Assembly: GCA_041946925.1 (NCBI GenBank)
Contig: JBHGBI010000002.1
Span: 67,299-131,298, forward strand
DNA: 64,000 bases
Reading direction: 5' to 3'
Source: Syntrophales bacterium
GTDB lineage: Bacteria; Desulfobacterota; Syntrophia; Syntrophales; UBA4778
In this document: positions 29,125 through 37,718 of the stretch, piece after piece
Layout of the letters: each line of letters opens with the position of its first letter
Numbering within the stretch: the first letter of the stretch is position 1
Translations under genes and position numbers: made by a program
Notes under the pieces: model-generated
What the model saw: only the letters and a program-made list of their open reading frames with translations
The model's database searches: none
Told to the model about the DNA's origin: nothing

Positions 29125-30003
29125 GTGATTCTTATATCAAAAGAACAGAAAATCCTTGGTTTGAAAATCGATGTCGACACCTACCTGGGTATGAAAAAAG
29201 GTGTGCCCCGGCTGCTTTCCACTCTCAGGAAGCCGCAGATAAAGGCCACGTTTTATCTCAGCATGGGACCCGATTCATCCGGCAGGGCCGTTTTCCAGCT
29301 TTTGAAGAATCCTCTGTTCTTTAAAAAAATGCTGAGGACGGGAGCCGCCCGCCTTTACGGCCTCAGGACCGCCCTGTATGGTACTTTGCTTTCCTCTCCC
29401 ATGATCGCCCTTTCTTTTCCCGAAACAGTGAAGCAGATTCTGGCGGAAGGGCATGAAGTGGAATTGCATGCCTGGGACCACCGGCGATGGCAGGATGAGC
29501 TTTCTTTTCACTCGAAAGAATGGATCGAGGACTGGTTCCATAAGGGTATGGATGCCTATCGACGGATAACCGGAAAGGATCCTCTGTCCTTCGGCGCGCC
29601 TGCGTGGATGATCGACGACAGGGCCCTGGAGATTATCAGGAAATATTCGTTCCGGTACTTGAGCTGTTCCCGGGCGAAGAAACCGTTCATCGAGGAAATT
29701 ACGGGGGTAATGGAAATCCCGTCGGACCTTCCCTGTTTCGAGGAAATCGGAGGTGAGCACGGGGTGGACATCCTTCTTTCCTGCCTGAAGGCAAAAGGGA
29801 TTCATGTCCTGCCGGTCCATGCAGAGGTGGAGGGGGGCATATGGAACAAATATTTTATGGATTTGCTGGAAGGGGTCATTGCCGCAGGCTGTGAAATTGT
29901 TCCCCTTTCACGAGTCGGGGCATTACTGGAAGCCGAATCCCTGCCCCGCAGAAAATACCGCTTCGATCTCCTGCCCGGCCGCAGCGCGAAGTGCGCGGTA
30001 TGA
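29125..30003 (+). CDS. arnD: 4-deoxy-4-formamido-L-arabinose-phosphoundecaprenol deformylase
   Basis: LGLKIDVDTYLGMKKGVPRLLSTL..TFYLSMGPD..HEVELHAWDH is colinear with E. coli ArnD as recalled. The start codon is uncertain because GTG 29125 lies very close to the GGAGG. Confidence 0.85.
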   Translation: MILISKEQKILGLKIDVDTYLGMKKGVPRLLSTLRKPQIKATFYLSMGPDSSGRAVFQLLKNPLFFKKMLRTGAARLYGLRTALYGTLLSSPMIALSFPETVKQILAEGHEVELHAWDHRRWQDELSFHSKEWIEDWFHKGMDAYRRITGKDPLSFGAPAWMIDDRALEIIRKYSFRYLSCSRAKKPFIEEITGVMEIPSDLPCFEEIGGEHGVDILLSCLKAKGIHVLPVHAEVEGGIWNKYFMDLLEGVIAAGCEIVPLSRVGALLEAESLPRRKYRFDLLPGRSAKCAV

Positions 30004-30186
30004 AAACAGGGAACTGCTGGGTTGTTGACGAACTCTACAGGCTTTATCATGATCTGCTTGTGGAACCATATAGTCTGTTATCAAATCCAGAGTCTTTGAA
30101 AGCCCTTAACCCGGAACTCCCGGCGCTGAACCTGAGGGCGAAGCCTGAGTGCAGATGAACGTTTTTCAACCGCCTGCCGGAAAATT

Positions 30187-31206
30187 ATGGACGATAGTAA
30201 TAACAGGAATAAAGAAAAACTCGCCGAGCTTTATCCGATTGTCAGGGAAAAGAGGGTTCTGATCCTTGCTCACGACAATCCGGACCCCGATGCCCTGGCA
30301 TCCGCGTTCGCCCTGAAATATCTGCTTTCCGCCCTGTGGCGGATAAGTGGCACGATCGCATACGGTGGGATTATCGGAAGAGCCGAAAACAAGGCGATGG
30401 TAAAATACCTGAAGATCGATCTTCGGCCTGTATCCGGGATCAAGATGGGGAGCTTCGGCGTCATTGCCCTGATTGACAGTCAGCCCGGCTCGGGAAACAA
30501 CTCTCTTCCCGAATCGGTCATTCCCGATGTCATTATTGATCATCATATGCCGGTTTATGAGGAATCGCTGAAAGCGCGCTTTCACGATATCAGGACGAAT
30601 TACGGGAGCACGTCGAGTATTCTGGCGGGTTATCTGATCGCTTCGGGCCTGTCTTCAATTGATCCCCGGGTGGCTACAGCCCTCTTTTATGGCATCCGGT
30701 CCGATACCCGTGATCTCGGGCGGGAAACAGGTCCTCAAGATATAGCCGCGTACAGTCATCTTTACCGCTACGTGCCTTTCAAAATCCTTTCAAGGATTGA
30801 GCATCCGAGACTGCCCCGTGACTATTTCCGGACCTTTGAAAGGGCAATCAGCAGGGCGTTGATTGACAGAGACGTGGTAATATCGGACCTCGAGCAAATC
30901 TACAGCCCGGATGCGCTTTCCGAGATAGCCGATCTGCTGATCCGCGTCGAGGGTGTGCAGTGGGCCCTGTGTATCGGAGAATTTCACGGAGATATCTATT
31001 TCTCGCTCCGCACGTTCCATCCGAAAGGTCATGCAGGGTCTGTGGCCCGTAAAATGGTCCGCGAACTCGGCTCCGGAGGGGGGCACCGCATGACGGCCGG
31101 CGGCAAAATCACCTATGCGCTGAACTATCAGGAAATGGTCCGGACAGTAATAGACAGATTTCTCAAAGAGATAAGAAGAAGGGATTTCAAAGGAGAAAGA
31201 CTGTGA
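30187..31206 (+). CDS. DHH/DHHA1 family phosphoesterase (second NrnA-like paralog)
   Basis: ILAHDNPDPDALAS, IIDHH and GSGGGHRMTAGG are the DHH and DHHA1 motifs. Confidence 0.8.
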   Translation: MDDSNNRNKEKLAELYPIVREKRVLILAHDNPDPDALASAFALKYLLSALWRISGTIAYGGIIGRAENKAMVKYLKIDLRPVSGIKMGSFGVIALIDSQPGSGNNSLPESVIPDVIIDHHMPVYEESLKARFHDIRTNYGSTSSILAGYLIASGLSSIDPRVATALFYGIRSDTRDLGRETGPQDIAAYSHLYRYVPFKILSRIEHPRLPRDYFRTFERAISRALIDRDVVISDLEQIYSPDALSEIADLLIRVEGVQWALCIGEFHGDIYFSLRTFHPKGHAGSVARKMVRELGSGGGHRMTAGGKITYALNYQEMVRTVIDRFLKEIRRRDFKGERL

Positions 31207-31236
31207 GTGAGACCAGGGGCAAAAAGGCACCGGATA

Positions 31237-31923
31237 TCATCTGCTTTTGCCTGCACACGAATTTGCTCTGGCCTTCAGTGCACGGATCGTCCTGCTGTAA
31301 TCTCCGTTGTTGAAGACAGCGGAGCCGGCGACCATAATATCTGACCCGGCGTCGGCGATCAGCCCTATATTCTCCAGGGTCACTCCTCCGTCGACTTCAA
31401 TAAGTGTGGAAGGTGAAAGAGACTGCGCCATTTCCTTGGCTTTGGCGATCTTCGGCAGCATTCTTTCAATAAAAGCCTGTCCGCTGAACCCCGGATTGAC
31501 TGTCATAACAAGAAGAATATCCACGTCATTCAATATTTCTTCTATCTGGGCCAGGGATGTGGCCGGATTCAGGGATACCCCCGCTTTTTTTCCCAGGCTT
31601 TTGATAAGAGAGAGCGTCCTGTGCAGGTGATTGGCCGCCTCGACATGTACAGTGATGATATCGCTTCCCGCCGCCGCAAAGGCGTCTATATACGCCTCGG
31701 GCCTTTCGATCATCAGGTGAACGTCGAAGGGAAGACGGGTGATTTTTCTCAATGACCGGATGACGGGCGGCCCGATGGTTATGTTAGGCACGAAGTGACC
31801 GTCCATTACATCGATATGGATCAGATCCGCTCCGGCCTTTTCCACCGCCCGAATTTCGTCTTTCAGCCTGCCGAAATCAGCAGATAAAATGGAAGGAGCA
31901 ATCAGTTTTCTGTTCTCTGACAT
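31237..31923 (-). CDS. rpe: ribulose-phosphate 3-epimerase
   Basis: IAPSILSADF..IHIDVMDGHFVPNITIGP..DVHLM..VMTVNPGFSGQ are the Rpe signature motifs. Confidence 0.95.
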   Translation of the reverse strand: MSENRKLIAPSILSADFGRLKDEIRAVEKAGADLIHIDVMDGHFVPNITIGPPVIRSLRKITRLPFDVHLMIERPEAYIDAFAAAGSDIITVHVEAANHLHRTLSLIKSLGKKAGVSLNPATSLAQIEEILNDVDILLVMTVNPGFSGQAFIERMLPKIAKAKEMAQSLSPSTLIEVDGGVTLENIGLIADAGSDIMVAGSAVFNNGDYSRTIRALKARANSCAGKSR

Positions 31924-31973
31924 TCGGGATCCGCATACCGGGAGTGTAAACAGTTTGAGCCAAGGAGCTGCTG

Positions 31974-32714
31974 TTAAAATTTAAGAACCAGGGAATGAAC
32001 CTTTCCGGTATCCACCTCTCTGACACGCAGTCTCAATTCTTTGGCTTTCTTCGATTCTCCGGGAAAGAATATAAAGCCGTATGCTACTTCCTGAGGAGTC
32101 ACTGCGCGATTTTCCAGAGACCTTGTCTGGAGGTCATCCCTGATGGCATGTCTCGCTTCCGGATCGGAGAGCCCCTTGGCTCCGCCGATAGTCAAACCTG
32201 CAGCCGCACCGACCGCCGCTCCCCTCATTGCGGCCTCGCCCACGCTGCGCCCGGATACGATTCCAATCGCCGCCCCGATGATGGCCCCCGCCGTGCCTCC
32301 CAGCAGTCCTCCCTTCCCTGCTTCGGGTGCGAGTTTTCCAAATTCCGTCTTCTTCTCGATCCTGTCGTAAGCCAGCCCTGCATCCAGGACAGGCCAGAGA
32401 TTGTTGTCGACATCGACAAGAAAGGTCTGGTTCCCTATGATTTCGATCTTGTGGGTTCCCTTGTTATCGAAGATAACCTGAACCGGCAATACACCGGCTC
32501 CCAGTATATCGAAACCGAACGCCGATGCCGCCTCGTCTTTATTGTCATACGCCCTGGCTGCGATTTCAGCGCCCGCCGCCTGGGTCGCATTCGGATATGC
32601 TGAAGGCAGTTTGAACGGGACGACCTGTCTTTCGTACTTTGCGCACGAAAGTAACAGAATGGATGCCGCGAGCAACAAAAAAACCGCCGATTTCTTATAT
32701 TCATTGATTTTCAT
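31974..32714 (-). CDS. lipoprotein with glycine-zipper segment, unknown function
   Basis: ATG 32714 gives MKINEYKKSAVFLLLAASILLLSC with a lipobox. There is a central Gly-zipper run (GGLLGGTAGAIIGAAIGIVSG..AAVGAAAGLTIGGAKG). Confidence 0.6.
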   Translation of the reverse strand: MKINEYKKSAVFLLLAASILLLSCAKYERQVVPFKLPSAYPNATQAAGAEIAARAYDNKDEAASAFGFDILGAGVLPVQVIFDNKGTHKIEIIGNQTFLVDVDNNLWPVLDAGLAYDRIEKKTEFGKLAPEAGKGGLLGGTAGAIIGAAIGIVSGRSVGEAAMRGAAVGAAAGLTIGGAKGLSDPEARHAIRDDLQTRSLENRAVTPQEVAYGFIFFPGESKKAKELRLRVREVDTGKVHSLVLKF

Positions 32715-32866
32715 GGATTCGCTATCCTTTTTTTGAAAAATAGTACACAATGCCCGTGACGAATGTCAACAAATAAAGGTAAAGGACGCCGGGCTTGAAA
32801 AACTCAGGGCGGAAGCGTACGCATGTTAAATTCTCTCTTTTTTGCCCCTGGCCTTTCGCGGCTCAT

Positions 32867-32889
32867 CCCTCGACAAGCCCGGGATGGCG
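32867..32889 (+). repeat. family-b repeat core (CCYTCGACAAGCNCRGGATG)
   Basis: CCCTCGACAAGCCCGGGATGGCG closely matches copies at 40421-40443 and 57272-57294. Confidence 0.7.
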
Positions 32890-32991
32890 CCTTCTTTTCA
32901 ATCTTCGCTCTGTGTCTCCAATATAAAAACTTGACAATAAATGACAGGGGACATTATCCTCCGGCTGAATCCTTTCCCGGAATTTGCGCAA

Positions 32992-34320
32992 ATGTTTTTA
33001 ATTTATAATGTATTGCTGGCCTTAAGCACCGCTTTCCTTGCTCCTTATTACCTCGTCAAGGTTTTCTTCGGCGGCAAATACAGAAAAAGCATCGGTCCGA
33101 AATTAGGGATCGTACCTTCAGGGATTTTTCAGGATATGAAAGGCGAGCCCAGGATATGGGTGCACGCGGTATCCGTCGGAGAAGTGAATGCCGCGGTTCC
33201 GATCATTGCTTCCCTGAGAGAGAGCCTTCCCGGGGCCTGCATTGTGCTTTCGACGGCCACGGAAACGGGGCAGGAGGCGGCGCGGAAAATGGCGCTATCC
33301 GCCACTGCCTGTATTTATTATCCCCTTGATATCCCGGTTGTGATTCGGAAATTGCTGAAAAGGGTCGATCCCGACATTTTTGTCATTGTGGAGACCGAGC
33401 TCTGGCCGAACTTTATTCGCATCTGTAAAGAGAAAGGGAAGAAAATCGTCATGGTCAACGGGCGGATGTCTCCGAGGTCATTCAGGCGGTACTTTGCCAC
33501 CAGATTTTTCTGGCAAAGAGTACTGGCTTGCATCGACGGACTCGGCGCCATTTCAGAGACCGATGCAAAGCGGTTTAAGGCGGCCGGCGCATCCAGCGAT
33601 AAAATCCGGGTCCTTGGAAACTCAAAGTATGACGCCTTGTCGATGAGGGTCGGCCCGGAGTTGAAAGATGAAACAGCGGGCCGGTTGAACATCAGGCGGG
33701 ATGCAAAAGTCCTTGTGGGGGGGAGCACGCACGAGGGCGAAGAGAAAATCCTGTTCTCCGTCTACAGGCGTGTTCTTGCATCTTATCCGGATCTTCTGCT
33801 CATCATCATCCCCCGTCATGTTGAGAGAGGGCGCGACATACTTTCCTGCGCTGCCGGGGAAGGGTTCGAGGATTGCATTGCAATGTCCGATATCCTGAAT
33901 GGAAGGAAGCGGGAAGGCGAACGCGTTGTAATAGTCGATGTCATGGGAGAACTTTTTAAAATCTACAGTATCGCATCGGTAGTCTTCTGCGGGGGCAGCC
34001 TGGTCCCCCGGGGGGGGCAGAATATACTGGAGCCTGCGGCATGGGGAAAAGTGGTCCTTTACGGTCCGTTTATGGATGACTTCATGGACGAGAAAGCGCT
34101 CCTTGAACAGGCCGGGGCGGGAATATCCGTGAGGAACGGTGAGGAGCTTCAGAGAAAAATCATCGATCTGCTGGGAGATCCCGATGCGCTTTCGCGGAAA
34201 GGAGAGGCGGGCAAGAAAATCATCCGGGAAAACAGCGGGGCGGCCTTGAGGTATGCTGAAATGATTTTGCAGACGATAATGGGAAAAATCCCAGGTTCCA
34301 AGTTTCCAAATGCCGAATAA
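32992..34320 (+). CDS. waaA: 3-deoxy-D-manno-octulosonic acid (Kdo) transferase
   Basis: MFLIYNVLLALSTAFLAPYYL..IWVHAVSVGEVNAA..GGSLVPRGGQNILEPAAWG are KdtA/WaaA motifs. ATG 32992 is preferred to the listed 32941. Confidence 0.9.
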   Translation: MFLIYNVLLALSTAFLAPYYLVKVFFGGKYRKSIGPKLGIVPSGIFQDMKGEPRIWVHAVSVGEVNAAVPIIASLRESLPGACIVLSTATETGQEAARKMALSATACIYYPLDIPVVIRKLLKRVDPDIFVIVETELWPNFIRICKEKGKKIVMVNGRMSPRSFRRYFATRFFWQRVLACIDGLGAISETDAKRFKAAGASSDKIRVLGNSKYDALSMRVGPELKDETAGRLNIRRDAKVLVGGSTHEGEEKILFSVYRRVLASYPDLLLIIIPRHVERGRDILSCAAGEGFEDCIAMSDILNGRKREGERVVIVDVMGELFKIYSIASVVFCGGSLVPRGGQNILEPAAWGKVVLYGPFMDDFMDEKALLEQAGAGISVRNGEELQRKIIDLLGDPDALSRKGEAGKKIIRENSGAALRYAEMILQTIMGKIPGSKFPNAE

Positions 34321-34349
34321 ATCCTGAACGTCAAATTCCAAATAAAAAC

Positions 34350-34445
34350 GGGAATCTCCCCTTTGTAAAAGGGATGCATAGAAACCAAGCATCCTGTTTT
34401 TCCGATTTCCCTCTTGCGAAAAAAGGGCCAGGGGAGATTTGATAG
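34350..34445 (-). repeat. family-a multi-hairpin repeat (reverse orientation)
   Basis: TTCCCTCTTGCGAAAAAAGGGCCAGGGGAGATTTGAT is the reverse complement of the ATCAAATCTCCCC..CCCCTCTTTTCTAAAGAGGGG unit. The hairpin TCCCCTTTGTAAAAGGGA is also present. Confidence 0.7.
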
Positions 34446-34456
34446 AATTTTTCTAA

Positions 34457-35359
34457 TTATCCTTTTGTGTCTCTCTTCACATAATCCTCCCATTTGTCGT
34501 CGACCCACGCCTGAAGCTGATTGAGCTGCTCAATACTCATCTTCTTGAATCTCCCCTGCCTCTCTACATACTGGATGACAGGGCGGCGGGCGCCCTTTTC
34601 CGCAAGGGTCCTGCTTCGGCCGGTCAGGCGAAGCCTGCCGTTTTCAATCTCCAGTAAAACGGTGATTCCTGTCTCGACTGCGAGCCTCCCCATTTTCACA
34701 GTATCCTTCGGCGGGTAAACCCATCCGGGGGGGCACGGTGTATGGATGTGAATATAGCGCGTGCCCTTGATCTTTTTCGCCTTGACGAATTTTTCGTAGA
34801 GATCGATGGGATATGAAGGGGATGTCGTCGCGATGTAAGCAATATCGTGCGCCTCCATGATCTTCGTAAAATCCTTTTTGTGCTGCTGTTTTGTCAGGAT
34901 AGGCGTGGTCGAAGTCAGGGCGCCCAGGGGCGTGGCGCTGGAGCGCTGCGTGCCCGTATTCATGTAGCCTTCGTTATCGTAACATACATAAATGAAATCC
35001 GTTCCCCTTTCCGCGGCACCGCTCAGCGACTGTATTCCCATGTCGAAGGTCCCTCCGTCACCGGCGATGGCAACTACGGTGATATCCGATTTATTCAGGG
35101 CCTGCAAACCCGCCACGATCCCGGACGCCGATGCCGCCGTACTGGCGAACGAACAGTTGAGGCAGGGGACCATGACCGGCGTACTTGGATATAACCCATG
35201 GAGAACGCAAAGACAACTTGCGGGCAGCGTGACAATCGTGTTCTCCCGCAAGGCCTTCAGAGCAAACCGATAAGCGAGAGAAAGGCCGCAGCCCTGGCAG
35301 GCCCGGCTTCCGGGCAGGATGTATTCTTTAGCGTTGAGTTTGAATAAATTTTCCGGCAT
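34457..35359 (-). CDS. 2-oxoacid:ferredoxin oxidoreductase, beta (TPP-binding) subunit
   Basis: ACQGCG and AIAGDGGTFDMGIQSLSGAAERG TPP motifs. ATG 35359 is preceded by AGGAGA. This is the last gene of the gamma-delta-alpha-beta operon. Confidence 0.9.
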   Translation of the reverse strand: MPENLFKLNAKEYILPGSRACQGCGLSLAYRFALKALRENTIVTLPASCLCVLHGLYPSTPVMVPCLNCSFASTAASASGIVAGLQALNKSDITVVAIAGDGGTFDMGIQSLSGAAERGTDFIYVCYDNEGYMNTGTQRSSATPLGALTSTTPILTKQQHKKDFTKIMEAHDIAYIATTSPSYPIDLYEKFVKAKKIKGTRYIHIHTPCPPGWVYPPKDTVKMGRLAVETGITVLLEIENGRLRLTGRSRTLAEKGARRPVIQYVERQGRFKKMSIEQLNQLQAWVDDKWEDYVKRDTKG

Positions 35360-35400
35360 GTTGTCTCCTGACACTGATATTTTACAAATTTCGTATTCTG

Positions 35401-36609
35401 TTATCCTGTGTGGCAATTCAGCCACACGGTCGGCTTTTCCGCCTGGCCGGCTTTCATGCCGGCATGGGCGCTTCGGGCCGCTTCCGCAATTTCACCGGCC
35501 TTTACATCTCTCCCACCGAGGCCGGCGATGTAATTATATACAGGGATGTTCGTTCCCGTTCCGTACAGGGCTGCTTTCAATTCCGAACAGAGCCCGCCTT
35601 CAAAACCATAGCTTATGCTCTTCTCGAATACGGCGACAGCTCCGGCCTTTTTGAAGGCCGTTCTGACTTCATCTTTCGGGAAAGGCCTGAAAACCCTGAC
35701 CCCCACTACTCCTGCACGCACCCCGTCGTTTCTCAGCATATCGGCGGCCACGGTCGCCTCGCTGGCAATGGAGCCCATCCCTGTCAAAATGATTTCTGCG
35801 TCTTCTGTCCGGTATTCCCAGATCATGCCTCCGTGGTCCCTGCCGAAAGTGTCGCTGAAATCCCGACTGACAGACGTAATCACCTCTCTGGACCCGTCGA
35901 GGGCGGCCTGCAGTTTATAGCGCATTTCCATGTAACCGTCGCACAATACCCCCTCCGAATTCTCTCTTCGCCACGGGAACAAGACGGGATTGAGATTTTT
36001 TGGATTCTCCGGGGAGAGGATCGTGTGGGGTTTATACGGGGGGAGAAAATCCTTGACCGCGCCGGGCCCGGGAATCTCGACGGGCATCATGGTATGGGAC
36101 AGAACGAATCCGTCATAACAGACCATGACAGGCACATAGACATTCTCCGCGATTCTGTAAGCCTGGATAACCGTATCCAGTATCTCCTGATTGTTCCGGC
36201 AGTATATCTGGATCCACCCCGTATCCCTCTGGGCAAGAGAGTCCTGCTGGTCATTGAAAATGGTCCAGGGGGCGCCCACGCCCCTGTTGACGCAGCACAT
36301 GACGATGGGAAGCCGCGAGCCGGCGGCCCAGTGGAGTTGCTCATGCATGTAAAGAAGCCCGTTGGCGCTTGTGGCGGTAAAGACTCTGGCGCCGGTCGTC
36401 GATGCCGATATGCATACGGTCATGGCCGAGTGCTCGCTTTCCACCCTGACATATTCGGCACGCAGTTTTCCGCTTTCAATGTACTGCGACATGATCTCCG
36501 AAAGCTGAGATTGCGGAGTAATGGGGTAAGCCGCAACGACCTGTACACCACTGAGCAATGCGCCTGTAGCGGCGGCCTGATTGCCCGTCATAATCTGGAC
36601 GTCACCCAT
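35401..36609 (-). CDS. 2-oxoacid:ferredoxin oxidoreductase, alpha subunit
   Basis: MTGNQAAATGALLSGVQVVAAYPITPQS..ESEHSAM is a PorA/VorA-type N-terminus. 402 aa. Confidence 0.9.
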   Translation of the reverse strand: MGDVQIMTGNQAAATGALLSGVQVVAAYPITPQSQLSEIMSQYIESGKLRAEYVRVESEHSAMTVCISASTTGARVFTATSANGLLYMHEQLHWAAGSRLPIVMCCVNRGVGAPWTIFNDQQDSLAQRDTGWIQIYCRNNQEILDTVIQAYRIAENVYVPVMVCYDGFVLSHTMMPVEIPGPGAVKDFLPPYKPHTILSPENPKNLNPVLFPWRRENSEGVLCDGYMEMRYKLQAALDGSREVITSVSRDFSDTFGRDHGGMIWEYRTEDAEIILTGMGSIASEATVAADMLRNDGVRAGVVGVRVFRPFPKDEVRTAFKKAGAVAVFEKSISYGFEGGLCSELKAALYGTGTNIPVYNYIAGLGGRDVKAGEIAEAARSAHAGMKAGQAEKPTVWLNCHTG

Positions 36610-36895
36610 TTTGCCTGTCCTCCCTTACCATTGTGATCGCTTTCGGGGGGCATTCCTCAGCGCAGACACCGCACCCTTTACAGTATTCCAGATCGATCCT
36701 CACCGGGATCCCGGCCTTAACGACTCCTTCCGGGCAGTAAAGCCAGCACAGGAAACAGGCCGATTTTTTCTTGAGGGACGGAATGCATTTCTGATGATCG
36801 ATTACCGGCCTGGAGCTTCTCCAGTCCCCGGTCTTGCCGGCTTCTCCAACCGCCGGCTCTCCCATGGCGGATATACTGTTGTCTCTCTTACTCAT
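36602..36895 (-). CDS. 2-oxoacid:ferredoxin oxidoreductase, delta subunit (2x[4Fe-4S] ferredoxin)
   Basis: 97 aa with two Cys clusters (C..CWLYCP and CKGCGVCAEECP). Confidence 0.88.
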   Translation of the reverse strand: MSKRDNSISAMGEPAVGEAGKTGDWRSSRPVIDHQKCIPSLKKKSACFLCWLYCPEGVVKAGIPVRIDLEYCKGCGVCAEECPPKAITMVREDRQNG

Positions 36896-36908
36896 GTTGT
36901 ATTCCCCG

Positions 36909-37478
36909 TCAATTCACCTTTTTCATTACTGCTGTCTCGTCATACGCCGCCTTCACGGTAGAGAAGTTCCGGGCCACGGCCTCTCTGGATATCTTTCCAC
37001 CAAGAGCCTTTTCAATATTTTCCAGCGAAAGCATACCCGATGTCTTTGCGAAAGCGCCCAGCAGGGGTGTATTGACTACCGGAGCCCCCTCTTTGATCAG
37101 ATGGTGTTTCAGGGAGATGGCCGCAGCATCGACGGTTGCAATGTCAAAGCACCCCTCAATGTCTATTTGTTCCGGAGAAAGGGGTGTATTGATGATTATG
37201 AGCCCTCCTTTTTTCGCCTTGGCGATAATATCGACAACCTTGAAAAGCGTCTCATCGAGCACCACCACTGTGTCCGCCTTTTCTATCTGGGAAAATGTCC
37301 GGATGGGTTCATCGGAGATTCTCGTGGAAGCCGTCAATGGGGCTCCCCGCCTCTCCGGGCCGAATGTAGGCGCCGAAGTCACTCCTCTGAATCCCTGAAG
37401 GTAGGCGGCTTCGGCGAGAATCTGCGCGGCAACTACCACTCCCTGGCCACCCCGTCCATGCCATAATATCTCGTGCAT
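36909..37478 (-). CDS. 2-oxoacid:ferredoxin oxidoreductase, gamma subunit
   Basis: MHEILWHGRGGQGVVVAAQILAEAAY is the typical PorG/VorG start. ATG 37478 is preferred to the listed 37556. Confidence 0.88.
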   Translation of the reverse strand: MHEILWHGRGGQGVVVAAQILAEAAYLQGFRGVTSAPTFGPERRGAPLTASTRISDEPIRTFSQIEKADTVVVLDETLFKVVDIIAKAKKGGLIIINTPLSPEQIDIEGCFDIATVDAAAISLKHHLIKEGAPVVNTPLLGAFAKTSGMLSLENIEKALGGKISREAVARNFSTVKAAYDETAVMKKVN

Positions 37479-37528
37479 GATCTGCCTCTTTATTTGTGTT
37501 GATATTTTTAGAAACAGCTTGCCCTCAA

Positions 37529-37562
37529 TAAAAAAGCCATGGATTAGGTCACCCATGGCTTT
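37529..37562 (-). terminator. strong rho-independent terminator (T2) 50 nt upstream of the oxidoreductase start
   Basis: On the minus strand AGCCATGG pairs with CCATGGCT (8 bp, plus flanking A-U pairs), followed by TTTTTTA. It lies in the 5' region of the operon, not after any annotated gene. Confidence 0.75.
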
Positions 37563-37589
37563 CAGGAACGATTTATGTATGGTTATGTC

Positions 37590-37700
37590 CTAAAAACGAC
37601 GGGTGCCCTCGATTGCACCCAGAAGAAGAGCGAGCAACAAAAGACGCAATAACCCGGCGGGATTTCTCAATGCTCTTCTTGTAAATAGGATCATAATCAT
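37590..37700 (-). CDS. candidate 36-aa Leu-rich hydrophobic small ORF (hypothetical)
   Basis: ATG 37700 to TAG 37590 encodes MIMILFTRRALRNPAGLLRLLLLALLLGAIEGTRRF (11 Leu). A promoter-like site lies just upstream and two terminator hairpins lie downstream. The SD is weak (GAG). It is below the ORF-track length cutoff. Confidence 0.3.
   Translation of the reverse strand: MIMILFTRRALRNPAGLLRLLLLALLLGAIEGTRRF
37591..37620 (-). terminator. terminator-like hairpin (T1) overlapping the small-ORF stop
   Basis: On the minus strand GGGTGC-AATCGAGG-GCACCC is followed by GTCG and TTTTT. The small-ORF stop TAG lies within the U-tract. Confidence 0.5.
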
Positions 37701-37701
37701 A

Positions 37702-37718
37702 GTCTCAAATTTTGAGAC
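37702..37718. promoter_or_regulatory. perfect 8-1-8 palindrome, operator-like site
   Basis: GTCTCAAA-T-TTTGAGAC lies between the candidate -10 and the small-ORF ATG on the minus strand. Confidence 0.45.

Noticed and set aside
30000-30158. A 52-codon ORF (MKTGNCWVVDELYRLYHDLLVEPYSLLSNPESLKALNPELPALNLRAKPECR) whose ATG overlaps the arnD stop (ATGA). I considered it as a missing arn component.
   Set aside because: It is not membrane-like, unlike ArnE/F. It has no SD and no recognisable motif, and its 3' third runs through a family-b repeat. The overlap may be chance. Only conservation or Ribo-seq could rescue it.
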